Shown: positions 41,435-52,198, counted from the stretch's first letter. The stretch is DNA of 64,000 nucleotides from Alphaproteobacteria bacterium (GCA_031426355.1 JANPLD010000045.1:11121-75120), one strand, 5' to 3'. Notes: a model not told the origin generated them from the sequence alone. A program made the numbers and translations.

Positions 41435-42571
41435 ATGAAATTTAAATTCAGATACTTAGCTGCAATTATTGTTATTTTACTGATTGCGGGCGTAGTCTAT
41501 CGCGTATTCTTCTCATTCCCCTCTTTCCCGCAAGGCCCGCAAGGCCCGGTTCTGGTTGGAATAGTAACTATCAAGGCAGAAAAGGTCAGGATATGGCGTG
41601 AATTTTCCGGTATGCTTGAAGCAACTGATATGGCTGAAATCCGCCCTCAGGTTACTGGCCGTATTGATACTATAAATTTTGAAGAAGGTTCTTATGTTAA
41701 TAAAGGCGATGTGCTTTTTACAATAGATCCTAGGCTATATTATGCTGAGTTCAAAAGTGCAGAAGCCGCGCTTAACTCTGCAAGATCGAACTTTAAAACT
41801 TTCCAGAGTGATTTGAAAAGGTCTGATTCCCTAATAAAAGAGAAGGCCATATCAAGCCGTGAGTTTGAAGGAAAAAGAAATGGTTTTGAAAGCGCTTCTG
41901 CTATGCTTAAGGAAGCTGAATCAAAATATAAAATATCTGAACTTAATATCGAATATTCTAAAGTTCTGGCTCCGATATCGGGAAGAATAAACCGCGCTGA
42001 AGTTAAAGTCGGTAACCTTGTGGCACCAAATGTCGATATAGTTCTCGCGACCATAGTTGCTGATGAAAAATTATATGCAGAATTTTCTGTTGATGAGCAA
42101 TCTTATGTAGAGTTCCTCAATGAGAATAAACTTGAGGACGATACTAAAATCCCTGTGAAGATCCAACTTACCGGAGAGGAAAAACCTTCCCGCGAGGCCG
42201 TGCTTAAATCTTTTGATAATGAGATCAGCCCGACTAATGGAACTGTCCGTGCTCGCGCCGAACTTGATAATAAAGATGGTAAATTACTTTCAGGACTATT
42301 TGTAAAAGTTTTCCTTGGTAATGCTAAAAAGGCAAACCAGATACTTATAACTGAGAAGGCGATTGGTACTGATCTTGATAAGAAATTTGTATATGTGGTT
42401 AATAAAGAGAACAAAGTTGAATATCGTGAGATCAAGCTTGGTGGTTATTCAGATGGTTTAAGGATAGTTAAATCAGGTTTGGCTGATGGGGAAAGGATTG
42501 TAGTTAATGGTAATCAGTCAGTTCGTCCCGGTGTTGAGGTAAAAGCAGAAGAGCCTACAATTCAGAAATAA
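41435..42571 (+). CDS. RND efflux periplasmic adaptor (MexE-like)
   Basis: EIRPQVTGRI, APISGRI, GTVRARA, IGTDLDKKFVYV. Confidence 0.93.
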   Translation: MKFKFRYLAAIIVILLIAGVVYRVFFSFPSFPQGPQGPVLVGIVTIKAEKVRIWREFSGMLEATDMAEIRPQVTGRIDTINFEEGSYVNKGDVLFTIDPRLYYAEFKSAEAALNSARSNFKTFQSDLKRSDSLIKEKAISSREFEGKRNGFESASAMLKEAESKYKISELNIEYSKVLAPISGRINRAEVKVGNLVAPNVDIVLATIVADEKLYAEFSVDEQSYVEFLNENKLEDDTKIPVKIQLTGEEKPSREAVLKSFDNEISPTNGTVRARAELDNKDGKLLSGLFVKVFLGNAKKANQILITEKAIGTDLDKKFVYVVNKENKVEYREIKLGGYSDGLRIVKSGLADGERIVVNGNQSVRPGVEVKAEEPTIQK

Positions 42572-42576
42572 TCACA

Positions 42577-45500
42577 ATGAACATTTCAAAGTTTTTCATA
42601 GACAGGCCAATATTTGCGGGGGTGTTATCACTTTTTGTTTTTATTGTTGGTATCATATCTATACCATTGCTGCCAATATCTGAATATCCTGAAGTAGTGC
42701 CGCCCTCTGTTGTTGTGCGAGCAGTTTACCCTGGGGCTTCACCAAAAATTATCTCTGAAACAGTTGCAACCCCGCTTGAAGAGCAGATCAACGGTGTTGA
42801 GAACATGCTTTATATGTCATCTCAGGCGACCTCTGATGGAGTACTTGGAATAACAGTTACATTCAAACTCGGTACTGATCCTGATCTTGCCCAGCAATTA
42901 GTCCAGAACAGGGTTGCACAGGCACTTCCGCGTTTACCAGATGAAGTTAGAAGGCTTGGTGTAACAAGCGTAAAAAGCTCGCCTGACCTCACCATGGTCG
43001 TGCATATACTCTCGCCTAATGACAGATATGACAGTCTCTATCTCCGTAACTACGCTCTGATCAACGTAAAAGACAGGCTCACCAGAATAAGCGGGATAGG
43101 GCAGGTTGAGATTTTCGGCGGTGGTGATTATGCTATGCGCTTATGGCTTAATCCGCAGAAACTTGCAGAAAGAAACCTGATAGTAGATGATGTTATAAAT
43201 GCTGTTCGCGAGCAGAACGTTCAGGTTGCCGCAGGCGTGGTTGGTTCTTACCCTTCCGAAAAGGATGTTAATATTCAGCTGACCGTAAATGCTAAAGGCA
43301 GGCTTCAAAGCGTTGAAGAATTTGAAAATATAATAATTAAGGTCGGCAGTGATAAATCCCTTGTGAAGCTGAAAGATGTCGCGCGGGTTGAACTTGGCGC
43401 ATCTGATTATTCACTACGTTCACTGCTCAATAATAAATCTGCCGTCGGTATGGGTATATTCCAGGCCCCGGGCGCAAACGCGCTTGAGATATCCGATCAG
43501 GTTCGCGCTACCATGAAAGAGATCAAGAAAACGATGCCTGAAGGTGTATCATACGATATTATTTATGATCCTACTGCATTTGTGCGCGATTCAATAAAAG
43601 CGGTTATCCATACATTGCTTGAGGCCATAGCGCTGGTTGTTCTCGTCGTTATAATCTTCCTCCAAACTTGGAGGGCATCTTTAATACCATTACTCGCGGT
43701 GCCTATTTCAATCGTAGGAACTTTCGCGCTTCTCCATGCATTTGGCTTCTCAATAAATGCGCTTTCACTTTTTGGTTTGGTACTTGCCATAGGTATCGTG
43801 GTGGATGATGCCATAGTTGTAGTTGAGAACGTTGAAAGGAATATTGAAAAAGGTCTCTCCCCGCGTTTGGCAACTTATCAGGCGATGAAAGAAGTTAGTG
43901 AACCTATTATCGCGATATCATTGACACTTTGCGCGGTGTTCATTCCTATTGCATTCATCAGTGGCCTTACAGGGCAATTCTATAAGCAATTTGCTTTAAC
44001 TATTGCAATATCAACAGTTATATCTGCATTCAACTCACTTACTTTAAGCCCTGCACTTGCAGCAATATTACTCAAAGGCCATGATGAGCCTAAAGACTGG
44101 CTGGCTATTAAAATGGATAAGTATCTAGGCGGATTTTTCAGGGGCTTTAACCGCTTCTTTAAAAATTCTTCTGATAAATACTCAACGAATGTAACAAGGG
44201 TTCTCGGGCGAAAATCTATTGCTATCGGGGTGTATCTTGTTCTTATTGTAGTTACATATTTTGGTTTCAAGCTTGTACCTCCGGGATTTGTACCAACTCA
44301 GGATAAACAATATCTTGTGAGCTTCGCGCTTCTTCCTGATGGCGCAACCATTGACAGAACAGATGAGATCATAAGAAAAATGTCTGACATAGCTTTAAAG
44401 GATCCTGGCGTTGAAAGTTCAGTCGCATTCCCGGGCCTTTCTATTAACGGTTTTACCGTTAGCTCTTCAGCCGGTATAGTTTTCGTTACACTAAAACCAT
44501 TTGATAAGAGAAGATCGTCTGACCTTTCAAGCATGGCTATCGCGCAGAGGCTGCAAGGCCAGTTCGGCGGAATAAAAGAAGCATTCATTGCAATATTCCC
44601 GCCACCACCGGTAATGGGTCTTGGCACCATTGGCGGCTTTAAATTGCAGATTCAGGATAGAACTGATCTTGGCTATGAAGAAGTTGATAAGGTCGTGAAG
44701 GACATAATCGCAAAATCTTCCAAAGTACCTGAATTAATGGGCGTGTTCTCAAGCTATAAGATCAACGTTCCGCAGCTTGAAGCAGTTGTTGATAGGGACA
44801 AGGCAAAACAGCTTGGCCTTTCTATTACCGATGTATTCAACACAATGCAGGTTAACCTTGGTTCACTTTACATCAATGATTTCAATAAGTTCGGTAGGAC
44901 ATATCAGGTGATAGCGCAGGCCGATAAGGAATTCCGTTCTAACGCGTCAGATGTATTGCAGCTTAAAACCAGAAATAACCAAGGTGAAATGATACCTCTG
45001 GGATCTGTTGTGCAAATGAAGGAAAGTTACGGCCCTGAAAGTTCTACAAGGTATAATGGTTATAGAGCGGCTGATCTTAACGGCTTCCCGGGATATGGCT
45101 TTTCATCAGGTCAGGCTGAAGAAGCAATGGCAAAACTCCTTGATGATAATCTTCCTAAGGGGATGACATTCGAGTGGACCGATCTGACATATCAGCAGAT
45201 ATTATCAGGCAATACCGCGCTACTGGTATTCCCACTTTGCGTATTACTCGTATTCCTTGTTCTTGCCGCTCAGTATGAAAGCCTTACACTTCCATTTGCA
45301 ATTATCTTGATAGTTCCAATGTGCATACTCTCAGCAATATTCGGTGTCTTCTTATGGGGGGGTGATAATAATATTTTCACTCAGATAAGCCTCTTCGTGC
45401 TTGTCGGGCTAGCCTGCAAGAATGCCATTTTGATAGTTGAATTTGCGCATGAGCTTGAGAAGCATGGTAAATCCATAATCGAAGCTGCGGTTGAAGCATG

Positions 45501-45717
45501 TAAGTTAAGGCTTCGTCCTATTCTTATGACATCTTTCGCATTTATCATGGGTGTTATACCTCTCATACTATCTTCCGGCGCCGGTGCAGAGATGAGGCAA
45601 GCTATGGGTGTTGCAGTATTTTCTGGAATGTTAGGTGTTACCTTCTTCGGACTATTCCTGACCCCGGTTTTCTATGTATTACTAAGAACTCTTGCTGAAC
45701 GCGTGAGGAAAAAATGA
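42577..45717 (+). CDS. HAE1 RND efflux permease (MexF/OqxB-like)
   Basis: FFIDRPIFA, LPISEYPEVVPP, IGIVVDDAIVVVENVER, LRPILMTS. Confidence 0.96.
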   Translation: MNISKFFIDRPIFAGVLSLFVFIVGIISIPLLPISEYPEVVPPSVVVRAVYPGASPKIISETVATPLEEQINGVENMLYMSSQATSDGVLGITVTFKLGTDPDLAQQLVQNRVAQALPRLPDEVRRLGVTSVKSSPDLTMVVHILSPNDRYDSLYLRNYALINVKDRLTRISGIGQVEIFGGGDYAMRLWLNPQKLAERNLIVDDVINAVREQNVQVAAGVVGSYPSEKDVNIQLTVNAKGRLQSVEEFENIIIKVGSDKSLVKLKDVARVELGASDYSLRSLLNNKSAVGMGIFQAPGANALEISDQVRATMKEIKKTMPEGVSYDIIYDPTAFVRDSIKAVIHTLLEAIALVVLVVIIFLQTWRASLIPLLAVPISIVGTFALLHAFGFSINALSLFGLVLAIGIVVDDAIVVVENVERNIEKGLSPRLATYQAMKEVSEPIIAISLTLCAVFIPIAFISGLTGQFYKQFALTIAISTVISAFNSLTLSPALAAILLKGHDEPKDWLAIKMDKYLGGFFRGFNRFFKNSSDKYSTNVTRVLGRKSIAIGVYLVLIVVTYFGFKLVPPGFVPTQDKQYLVSFALLPDGATIDRTDEIIRKMSDIALKDPGVESSVAFPGLSINGFTVSSSAGIVFVTLKPFDKRRSSDLSSMAIAQRLQGQFGGIKEAFIAIFPPPPVMGLGTIGGFKLQIQDRTDLGYEEVDKVVKDIIAKSSKVPELMGVFSSYKINVPQLEAVVDRDKAKQLGLSITDVFNTMQVNLGSLYINDFNKFGRTYQVIAQADKEFRSNASDVLQLKTRNNQGEMIPLGSVVQMKESYGPESSTRYNGYRAADLNGFPGYGFSSGQAEEAMAKLLDDNLPKGMTFEWTDLTYQQILSGNTALLVFPLCVLLVFLVLAAQYESLTLPFAIILIVPMCILSAIFGVFLWGGDNNIFTQISLFVLVGLACKNAILIVEFAHELEKHGKSIIEAAVEACKLRLRPILMTSFAFIMGVIPLILSSGAGAEMRQAMGVAVFSGMLGVTFFGLFLTPVFYVLLRTLAERVRKK

Positions 45718-47225
45718 AAAAACTTCTTACCATATCACTACTTGCATCAACCTTGCTAACATCATGCAACCTTGCGCCTGAACTTGTTAAGCCTGAAGTT
45801 TCCACGCCTGAGGAATTCAAATGGGTGAATGCTGATGATAAATCCCCGATTAATGATGGTAACTGGAAGCTTGTAGAATTATCTGAGAAAAGCGAAAGAG
45901 GCGAATGGTGGAAAATATTTGCCGATGAGAAATTAAATGAGCTTGAGCAGAAGGCGTTTGAAAACAACCTAGAGCTGGAAATTGCAGTTTCAAGAGTGGA
46001 GCAAGCGAGAAGTTTGGCTGAAAGAACGCGTGGTTCGTTATTCCCCTCATTAAACATTGGCGCAAGCCCGACAAGATACCAGCAGTCAAATGCATTCACA
46101 GGCTTAGCCCCAACTGCTGACCCTGTTGAAAGAACGATCTACCGCGCTGATGCAACGCTGGCATATGAACTTGATCTGTTTGGTCGTTTGAGGAATGATC
46201 TTGCTTCCGCAAATTTTAATGCTGATTCAGCAGAAAATTCTATGAAGTCAGTTCTTCTATCACTTCAGGCAGATGTAGCTACAAATTATTTCGCACTCAA
46301 AACGATTGATAGGGAGCGTGATATAGTTTCCCGCTCTATTAAACTCGGTGTTGAAGCGGAAAGAATAATCAAAAAGAAATTTGAGATAGGTGATGTTTCC
46401 AAGCAGGATTATATGCGCGCAGTTGCAGCACTTGCAGGTTATCGCGCCCAGCTCATCGGGCTTGAGAGATCGCGCGCGGAACTTGAAAATGCCCTTGCGG
46501 TTCTGGTTGGTGAGAACCCTTCTGAGTTCAAGATAAGTGAGCTTTCATTTAATGAGATGCCGCCAAAAATCCCATCAGGCCTACCATCAAACCTTCTTGA
46601 AAGAAGGCCAGATATAAATTCAGCAGCAGATAAAGTTGCTGCTGCAAATGCAAAAATTGGTGTTGCTCGCGCAGCGTTCTTCCCGACCATAAGCTTAAGC
46701 GCAAATGGCGGCTTTGAATCAAATGAAATTGAAGACCTATTTAAATGGTCATCAAGAACCTGGACACTTGGCCCATTATTTGGAACCATGGTATCACTCC
46801 CTATATTTGAAGGCGGGAAGGGTGTTGCAAACCTTGATCTCTCCAAAGCCGGATACAAAGAGTCAGTTGCAAATTACAGGCTTACTGTTCTTAACGCATT
46901 TAAAGATGTGGAAAATAGTCTGGTTGGTATAAGAAAGCTTTCTGAGCAATCAGAGCAACAAAAACTTGCCGCTGATTCAACTGAAGAGGTCGCAAGATTA
47001 TCAAGGTTAAGATTTAAAGAAGGTTACGCAGATTTCCTTGAAGTTGTTGATGCTGAAAGGGATTCACTTGCACAACAGCAGAATTTAAATTCTGTTCAAG
47101 GCGCCCGCTTCACAGCAACTATCTCTCTAATAAGAGCTCTTGGTGGTGGCTTTGATGTTCCAATTCTTCCAGGTGTTGATGATGATATCCTAAAACCAGT
47201 TGTAACTATCAAAGGCCAGAATTAA
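45714..47225 (+). CDS. NodT/OprN-family outer membrane lipoprotein
   Basis: Lipobox LTSC; YELDLFGR, LLERRPDI, IRALGGG. Confidence 0.93.
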   Translation: MKKLLTISLLASTLLTSCNLAPELVKPEVSTPEEFKWVNADDKSPINDGNWKLVELSEKSERGEWWKIFADEKLNELEQKAFENNLELEIAVSRVEQARSLAERTRGSLFPSLNIGASPTRYQQSNAFTGLAPTADPVERTIYRADATLAYELDLFGRLRNDLASANFNADSAENSMKSVLLSLQADVATNYFALKTIDRERDIVSRSIKLGVEAERIIKKKFEIGDVSKQDYMRAVAALAGYRAQLIGLERSRAELENALAVLVGENPSEFKISELSFNEMPPKIPSGLPSNLLERRPDINSAADKVAAANAKIGVARAAFFPTISLSANGGFESNEIEDLFKWSSRTWTLGPLFGTMVSLPIFEGGKGVANLDLSKAGYKESVANYRLTVLNAFKDVENSLVGIRKLSEQSEQQKLAADSTEEVARLSRLRFKEGYADFLEVVDAERDSLAQQQNLNSVQGARFTATISLIRALGGGFDVPILPGVDDDILKPVVTIKGQN

Positions 47226-47251
47226 TTAAAACGTCGCTTATAAAGCAAAGC

Positions 47252-47926
47252 TTAGAAATAAACTTTAATAAATTCTGAAATAAGCCCGATTACACCGCCG
47301 AACACGCCGCCCCATACAACAAGCCAGCCTAAATGCTCGTTTATCATATCGTGAATAATTTCCTTCACCATTTGCGGTGTAAGTTCATTAAGCCTGTCGT
47401 CAATCAAGTTTTCAATATCTTTTGAAAGCAATTCTGACTTCATTATTTCACCCGAATGATTTGCCAAAAAATTATCTATGAATTCATTGCATTTCTTTAT
47501 CATCGGTTCCCTGAATGATGAAAGAGCTGATTTACCACCAAACATCGAAAGCATCCCGCCGATCTGCGATTCCATTATTCCTTCAATAATATTTTCAAAC
47601 AGGATGTTATAATCAAGCTTCTCTTTTATTGATCTGCTAAGGTTCTGGCTTGAAGAATCTATTAGTGCGTTAACCCTTTGTTCGCTAAAAAACTGCCCGA
47701 TCATCATTTTTTTGATGGCCGCCTTAAACTCCTCAAATTTATTAGGTATAATTCCTGAGCCATACAGAAGGGGAATCTTCTCAAAAAGCATATATATGGC
47801 GATCCAGTTAGTGAAAGCCCCGGAAAGTGCGAATATGCCTGTGGCAAATATATAATTGCCGTAATACGGGCTGTAATATCCTAAAATCGCAATTAAAACA
47901 GATAGTAAGTTGGTTGCTAGACTCAT
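47252..47926 (-). CDS. DUF445 family protein
   Basis: GAFTNWIAIYMLF, GSGIIP, HLGWLVVWGGVFGG. Confidence 0.85.
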   Translation of the reverse strand: MSLATNLLSVLIAILGYYSPYYGNYIFATGIFALSGAFTNWIAIYMLFEKIPLLYGSGIIPNKFEEFKAAIKKMMIGQFFSEQRVNALIDSSSQNLSRSIKEKLDYNILFENIIEGIMESQIGGMLSMFGGKSALSSFREPMIKKCNEFIDNFLANHSGEIMKSELLSKDIENLIDDRLNELTPQMVKEIIHDMINEHLGWLVVWGGVFGGVIGLISEFIKVYF

Positions 47927-48141
47927 TTTTGTACAATAATTTAAGGTGAGAATAGCCTGCAAAATATCTATATTACTTGACTACGCAAGGTTTTAGTATA
48001 AATTATTGCCTGAGTTTTGTTGCTAAACTCTTTGAGTTGATAATCTACTGAATATCCGATGTTACTGTCTGATTTTAAGTTCCTGTTATTTGCCGGAGAG
48101 TTACTAAGAACTCGATTAACAATCAATAACAGGTAATTAAT

Positions 48142-48348
48142 ATGGCTACCGGTACAGTAAAATGGTTCAACTTCACAAAAGGCTTCGGTTTTATTCAACC
48201 TGATGATGGCGGAAAAGATATTTTCGTTCACAAATCAGCTCTTGAGCGTGCTAACATCCGCAGACTCGACGAAGGTCAAAAAGTTTCTTATGAACTCGCT
48301 ACTGAGAAAGGTAAAACTTCTGCAGTTGAGCTCAAAGTTGCAAACTAA
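48142..48348 (+). CDS. cspA: Cold-shock protein
   Basis: [22 protein letters not shown]. Confidence 0.95.
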   Translation: MATGTVKWFNFTKGFGFIQPDDGGKDIFVHKSALERANIRRLDEGQKVSYELATEKGKTSAVELKVAN

Positions 48349-48375
48349 TAAATAGTTTCACTTAAAATATTTTTT

Positions 48376-48406
48376 AAAGGCTGGTAGTTTTTACCGGCCT
48401 TTTTTA
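48376..48406. terminator. Rho-independent terminator between convergent cspA and doxX-like genes
   Basis: AAAGGCTGGTA / TACCGGCCTTT stem plus T-run. Confidence 0.8.
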
Positions 48407-48847
48407 TTGCCTGTTTTTGGCTACAGATTTTTTGATCAAATGATCAACCGAGAAAATTCCTGCACCCCTTGCAAGTAAAACCCCAAGCAATACTGCCCAG
48501 TAGAAATGGTCATCATGCATAAAGTAGGTGAATTGTATAACGGCCGTCATCATCAGTAATGGTATAACTGCAAACCTAGTAGCTAAACCAATTACCAAAA
48601 ACACTGAACAACCTAATTCAAAAATAACTGCCGAAATGGCGGCAATTAGAGGTGGCAGGAATGGAACTGGATGTTCAGTCGTAAACAGCATTATAGCCGA
48701 ATCAAAATCAGAGATCTTCAGGTATCCTGATTTCCAGAATATATTTGCGACCCATAATCTTATTATCAGTAACAAAATGCTTTCCAGCTTGGATGCATAC
48801 AAAATGAATTGGGTCACAAATTTTTCTGCACAATTAAAGAATTTCAT
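48404..48847 (-). CDS. DoxX family membrane protein (BufD-like)
   Basis: RLWVANIFWKSG, ELGCSVFLVIGLATR, GAGIFSVD. Confidence 0.88.
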   Translation of the reverse strand: MKFFNCAEKFVTQFILYASKLESILLLIIRLWVANIFWKSGYLKISDFDSAIMLFTTEHPVPFLPPLIAAISAVIFELGCSVFLVIGLATRFAVIPLLMMTAVIQFTYFMHDDHFYWAVLLGVLLARGAGIFSVDHLIKKSVAKNRQ

Positions 48848-48876
48848 AATTTTATTTATTTGTTATTTTGTAGTAG

Positions 48877-48902
48877 TTCGCCATTAAGAAAACTAAGGTT
48901 AC
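48877..48902 (-). promoter_or_regulatory. SigF/ECF16-type promoter for doxX
   Basis: Minus strand GTAACC-N16-CGAA. Confidence 0.75.
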
Positions 48903-48905
48903 AAA

Positions 48906-49451
48906 TTGAAATTAAAATTTGAAATAGAGCTTGAGCAACTATTCATAAGCTCCTGTAATGGAAACAAAGAAGCATATAGGAAATTTTTTAACCTGCTCAC
49001 AATTTACCTTAGGAAAATACTTTCGCAAAAGATATTTAAGTCAGTTGATGTTGAGGATGTGATACAGGAGATACTCGTATCAATACATAAATCCAAACAC
49101 ACTTATGATGGCAATCGCCCCTTAAAACCTTGGATAAATGCTATCATAAGTTACCGGGTAAGTGATTATCTAAGGGAGCATTATAGTGAGAATGACAACC
49201 AGAAAATATCAATAGATAAGTTTTTTGACATAGAGGACGAAAATTCTGTAACCGATCTTACTGATAATAACGAAGACATAATTAAAGCCCTTGATAAACT
49301 TAACGCTAAACAGAGATCTGTAATTGAACTTATGTACCTGCAGGATTTAAGCGTAAAAGAAGTTTCTAAAATATTAAAGATGAATGAATCAGCAGTAAAA
49401 GTTACTGCTCACAGAGCTTATAAAATTTTAAGGGAATATATTAAGAGATGA
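48906..49451 (+). CDS. ECF sigma factor (SigF-like)
   Basis: VEDVIQEILVSIH, WINAIISYRVSD, region 4 VKEVS...SAVKVTAHRA; TTG start. Confidence 0.9.
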   Translation: MKLKFEIELEQLFISSCNGNKEAYRKFFNLLTIYLRKILSQKIFKSVDVEDVIQEILVSIHKSKHTYDGNRPLKPWINAIISYRVSDYLREHYSENDNQKISIDKFFDIEDENSVTDLTDNNEDIIKALDKLNAKQRSVIELMYLQDLSVKEVSKILKMNESAVKVTAHRAYKILREYIKR

Positions 49452-50086
49452 AAAATAAGACTGAAAATATAATTGAGTCACTGGTATCTGATAACTCTGT
49501 AAAAAATAGATATAGCCCGCTTAAGATATTATTAAAATGGGTGTTATTATCTGCTGCTTATATTTTTATTCTGTTAGAATTCCTTGGTTACAGGGCTGAT
49601 TTAAATATCCTAATAAAAGATCCTAATTACCTGATCGAGCTTTCAAGCCTTGTGCTAATGATTTTTTTCTCAGCTTTAGCCTTCTCATATTTGGCTGTTC
49701 CTGATTATAAGCAGAATGCATTTTCCATTATTGCACCCGTAATACCCGTAGGCTTTCTGATCGGAACCCTAATATTCCTATATTTTTATCCACCTTCATT
49801 AAATCATGATTCCCACGAAGGTATGATGTGCCTTGCCTGCATATCATTAAGTTCGCTTCTCCCCGCTGCCTTTTTATTTTATGAAATAAGAAAATATGCG
49901 GCTCCTACTAAACTTGGCCTGATAGGATATATGTGCTTATTATATTCCGCATCCCTTGGCAGTTTTGCGCTTAGACTTAGTGAACCAACAAATTCTATTA
50001 TTCACCTGATTATGTATCATTATCTACCGCTCTTTGTAATTGCAGGAGTAGGTTCTATAATTTCAAGAAAATTATTAAGATGGTAA
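49448..50086 (+). CDS. NrsF (DUF1109) anti-sigma factor
   Basis: Six TM segments, CLAC, AP-T, YCMLY...HLIMYHY-like terminus; coupled to the sigma gene. Confidence 0.85.
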   Translation: MKNKTENIIESLVSDNSVKNRYSPLKILLKWVLLSAAYIFILLEFLGYRADLNILIKDPNYLIELSSLVLMIFFSALAFSYLAVPDYKQNAFSIIAPVIPVGFLIGTLIFLYFYPPSLNHDSHEGMMCLACISLSSLLPAAFLFYEIRKYAAPTKLGLIGYMCLLYSASLGSFALRLSEPTNSIIHLIMYHYLPLFVIAGVGSIISRKLLRW

Positions 50087-50100
50087 AAAATAATTTACTT

Positions 50101-50125
50101 GTAACCTTTTTAAAAATCTGGCGAA
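50101..50125 (+). promoter_or_regulatory. SigF/ECF16-type promoter for the DUF2282 precursor
   Basis: GTAACC-N15-CGAA, 54 bp upstream of ATG 50180. Confidence 0.72.
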
Positions 50126-50179
50126 CATACATACGGAACTTAAATTATTAAGTTTCTTAACAATTGATGGGAGAACACT

Positions 50180-50452
50180 ATGAACAAACTTTTCACAACT
50201 GCTGCAATCGCCGGAATTATGGCTGCAACATCTATAGCTGCTCACGCTACTGATGCACCTGCTAAAGCTGAAGACACTACTGCTAAAGTTAAATGTCTCG
50301 GTATTGCTAAAGCTGGTAAAAATGATTGTAAATCTGCAAATGGTTCACATTCTTGCGCTGGTCAGTCTAAAACTGATAAAGATGCAAATGAATGGTCTTA
50401 TGCTGCCTCTGCTGATGAGTGCATGAAAGAAGGTGGAAAAGTTGCTCAGTAA
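50180..50452 (+). CDS. DUF2282 precursor peptide (bufferin BufA1-like)
   Basis: Signal peptide; KCLGIAKAGKNDC...HSCAGQSKTD...C..EGG. Confidence 0.92.
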   Translation: MNKLFTTAAIAGIMAATSIAAHATDAPAKAEDTTAKVKCLGIAKAGKNDCKSANGSHSCAGQSKTDKDANEWSYAASADECMKEGGKVAQ

Positions 50453-50475
50453 TTAATTTAATTTAATTATTTATT

Positions 50476-50507
50476 GCCCGGTCATTGTAAGGTGTCCGGG
50501 CTTTTTT
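50476..50507 (+). terminator. Hairpin/terminator after the precursor gene
   Basis: GCCCGG...CCGGGC followed by TTTTTT. Confidence 0.75.
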
Positions 50508-50509
50508 AT

Positions 50510-51328
50510 ATGAATAAATTTGGATATAAAAATCTTGGATTTGGCTTAGGGCTTAGGGCAGATCACTATGAACATGTTCTTGAGAACAAACCGGCAATTG
50601 ACTGGTTTGAAATAATCACTGAAAATTATATTGAGACCCATAAAGGCTACTGGGAATTTTTGTCTGAAATAAGAAAAACCTATCCACTAGTTATGCACGG
50701 TGTTTCACTTTCTATTGGTGGCACTGATGAGATTAATTTTGATTATCTAAAAAAAGTTAAAGCACTTGCAACCCATATTTCCGCTGAATGGGTATCTGAC
50801 CATTTATGTTTTACCGGGGCAGGCGGGCATAATACCCATGATCTTCTCCCCGTTCCCTACAATAATGAAATTCTTCATCATATCGTTGAGAGGATAAAAA
50901 ATGTTCAAGATTTTCTAGGAAGAAAGATATTGCTAGAAAATCCTTCAAGCTATCTTGAGTTTAATTCCTCCAATATGCCGGAGGATGAGTTTATGGCCGA
51001 GCTTGCTGTGAAAGCTGACTGCGGTTTGCTTCTTGATCTAAATAATATTCATGTAAGTAGCTTTAACCATAATTTTTCAGCAGAAAAATATATTGATACC
51101 ATTCCCGCAAAACATATATGCCAGATACACCTGGCTGGGCATCTAAATAAGGGCGACATAATAATTGATACCCATGATAACCACGTGATAGATGAGGTCT
51201 GGAAGCTTTATAAATATACTATTTCTACTAAAGGAAAAATTTCTACTATGGTGGAATGGGATGATAAGATACCGGAGTTCAATATTCTTGAAGCGGAAAT
51301 AAATAAGGCAAAGAAATTCTGTGAATGA
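50510..51328 (+). CDS. DUF692 multinuclear non-heme iron oxidase (BufB-like)
   Basis: GLGLR, HGVSLSIG, SDHLCF, LLENPSSY, LLDLNN, QIHLAGH, DTH, VEWD. Confidence 0.95.
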   Translation: MNKFGYKNLGFGLGLRADHYEHVLENKPAIDWFEIITENYIETHKGYWEFLSEIRKTYPLVMHGVSLSIGGTDEINFDYLKKVKALATHISAEWVSDHLCFTGAGGHNTHDLLPVPYNNEILHHIVERIKNVQDFLGRKILLENPSSYLEFNSSNMPEDEFMAELAVKADCGLLLDLNNIHVSSFNHNFSAEKYIDTIPAKHICQIHLAGHLNKGDIIIDTHDNHVIDEVWKLYKYTISTKGKISTMVEWDDKIPEFNILEAEINKAKKFCE

Positions 51329-52106
51329 TTTTAAACATAATCTTTTGTCTTTATCTGATGCTGTCATTTCCGGCGATGGCAGGCTTGTTATTGATGGCCT
51401 AAAACAAAACTCAAGAATATCAAAAGCAAAACAGCTTTCTGTTTATACTGAAGGATATATTGAAAGACTCTTAAAAGCGGTGGAATCAGACTTCCCAACT
51501 CTTATTTATTATTTTGAAAAATATAAAAATAGAAAGGAGCTCCAGAATATAATTCTTTCATTCATAAAAGAAAATCCATCAAGGTCATATAATCTGGATA
51601 AATACCCTCTCGGGTTTTATAATTTCTTCATTAAAAATTGTAATGATGAATTTGCAAAAGATTTGGCGCTACTTGAGCATAATATAATTGAAGTTTTCCA
51701 AGCGCCCGATTCTGATTCCCTACTGCCGCAAAAACTTGCCAACCTTTCTGAAGAGCAGTTAGCAAACACAAAGTTCAAATTAAGAACAGCGAGTTGTTTA
51801 AGGGAGTTTGATTATAACGTAGAAAAATTCCTTTCTGATTTTCGGGCTGAAATATTTTCTGATCCTATAAAAGTAAAGACCTGTTTATTCATTTGCCGTC
51901 ATAATAATGAGGTTATAAGACACCTTATTAATAGTATCGAATATTTAATATTAAAAGAAATAGGGCAGGGTAATAGTTTTTCTGAATCTCTTAATAAGGT
52001 TATAGAGCTATCTCCTTTAGCCGAAAATATAGTTGCTCAAAACCTGCAATCCTGGTTTTCAAAATGGTTAATCGAAGGCTTTTTTGATACCCAAGTTATA
52101 TTATAG
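51321..52106 (+). CDS. DUF2063 partner protein (BufC-like)
   Basis: LSVYTEGYIERL...DFP...FIKENPSRSYNLDKY; overlaps the DUF692 gene. Confidence 0.85.
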   Translation: MNDFKHNLLSLSDAVISGDGRLVIDGLKQNSRISKAKQLSVYTEGYIERLLKAVESDFPTLIYYFEKYKNRKELQNIILSFIKENPSRSYNLDKYPLGFYNFFIKNCNDEFAKDLALLEHNIIEVFQAPDSDSLLPQKLANLSEEQLANTKFKLRTASCLREFDYNVEKFLSDFRAEIFSDPIKVKTCLFICRHNNEVIRHLINSIEYLILKEIGQGNSFSESLNKVIELSPLAENIVAQNLQSWFSKWLIEGFFDTQVIL

Positions 52107-52182
52107 CTATAGAATTCAGTTGGTTAATTTAATCCAAGCTATAGGTTAAAATATTATTTAAATTTTACTAATATTGTTGATT

Positions 52183-52198
52183 TTAACGAATAATTAAC
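52183..52198 (+). promoter_or_regulatory. CtrA-type box TTAA-N7-TTAAC
   Basis: TTAAcgaataaTTAAC, 40 bp upstream of ATG 52238. Confidence 0.5.
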
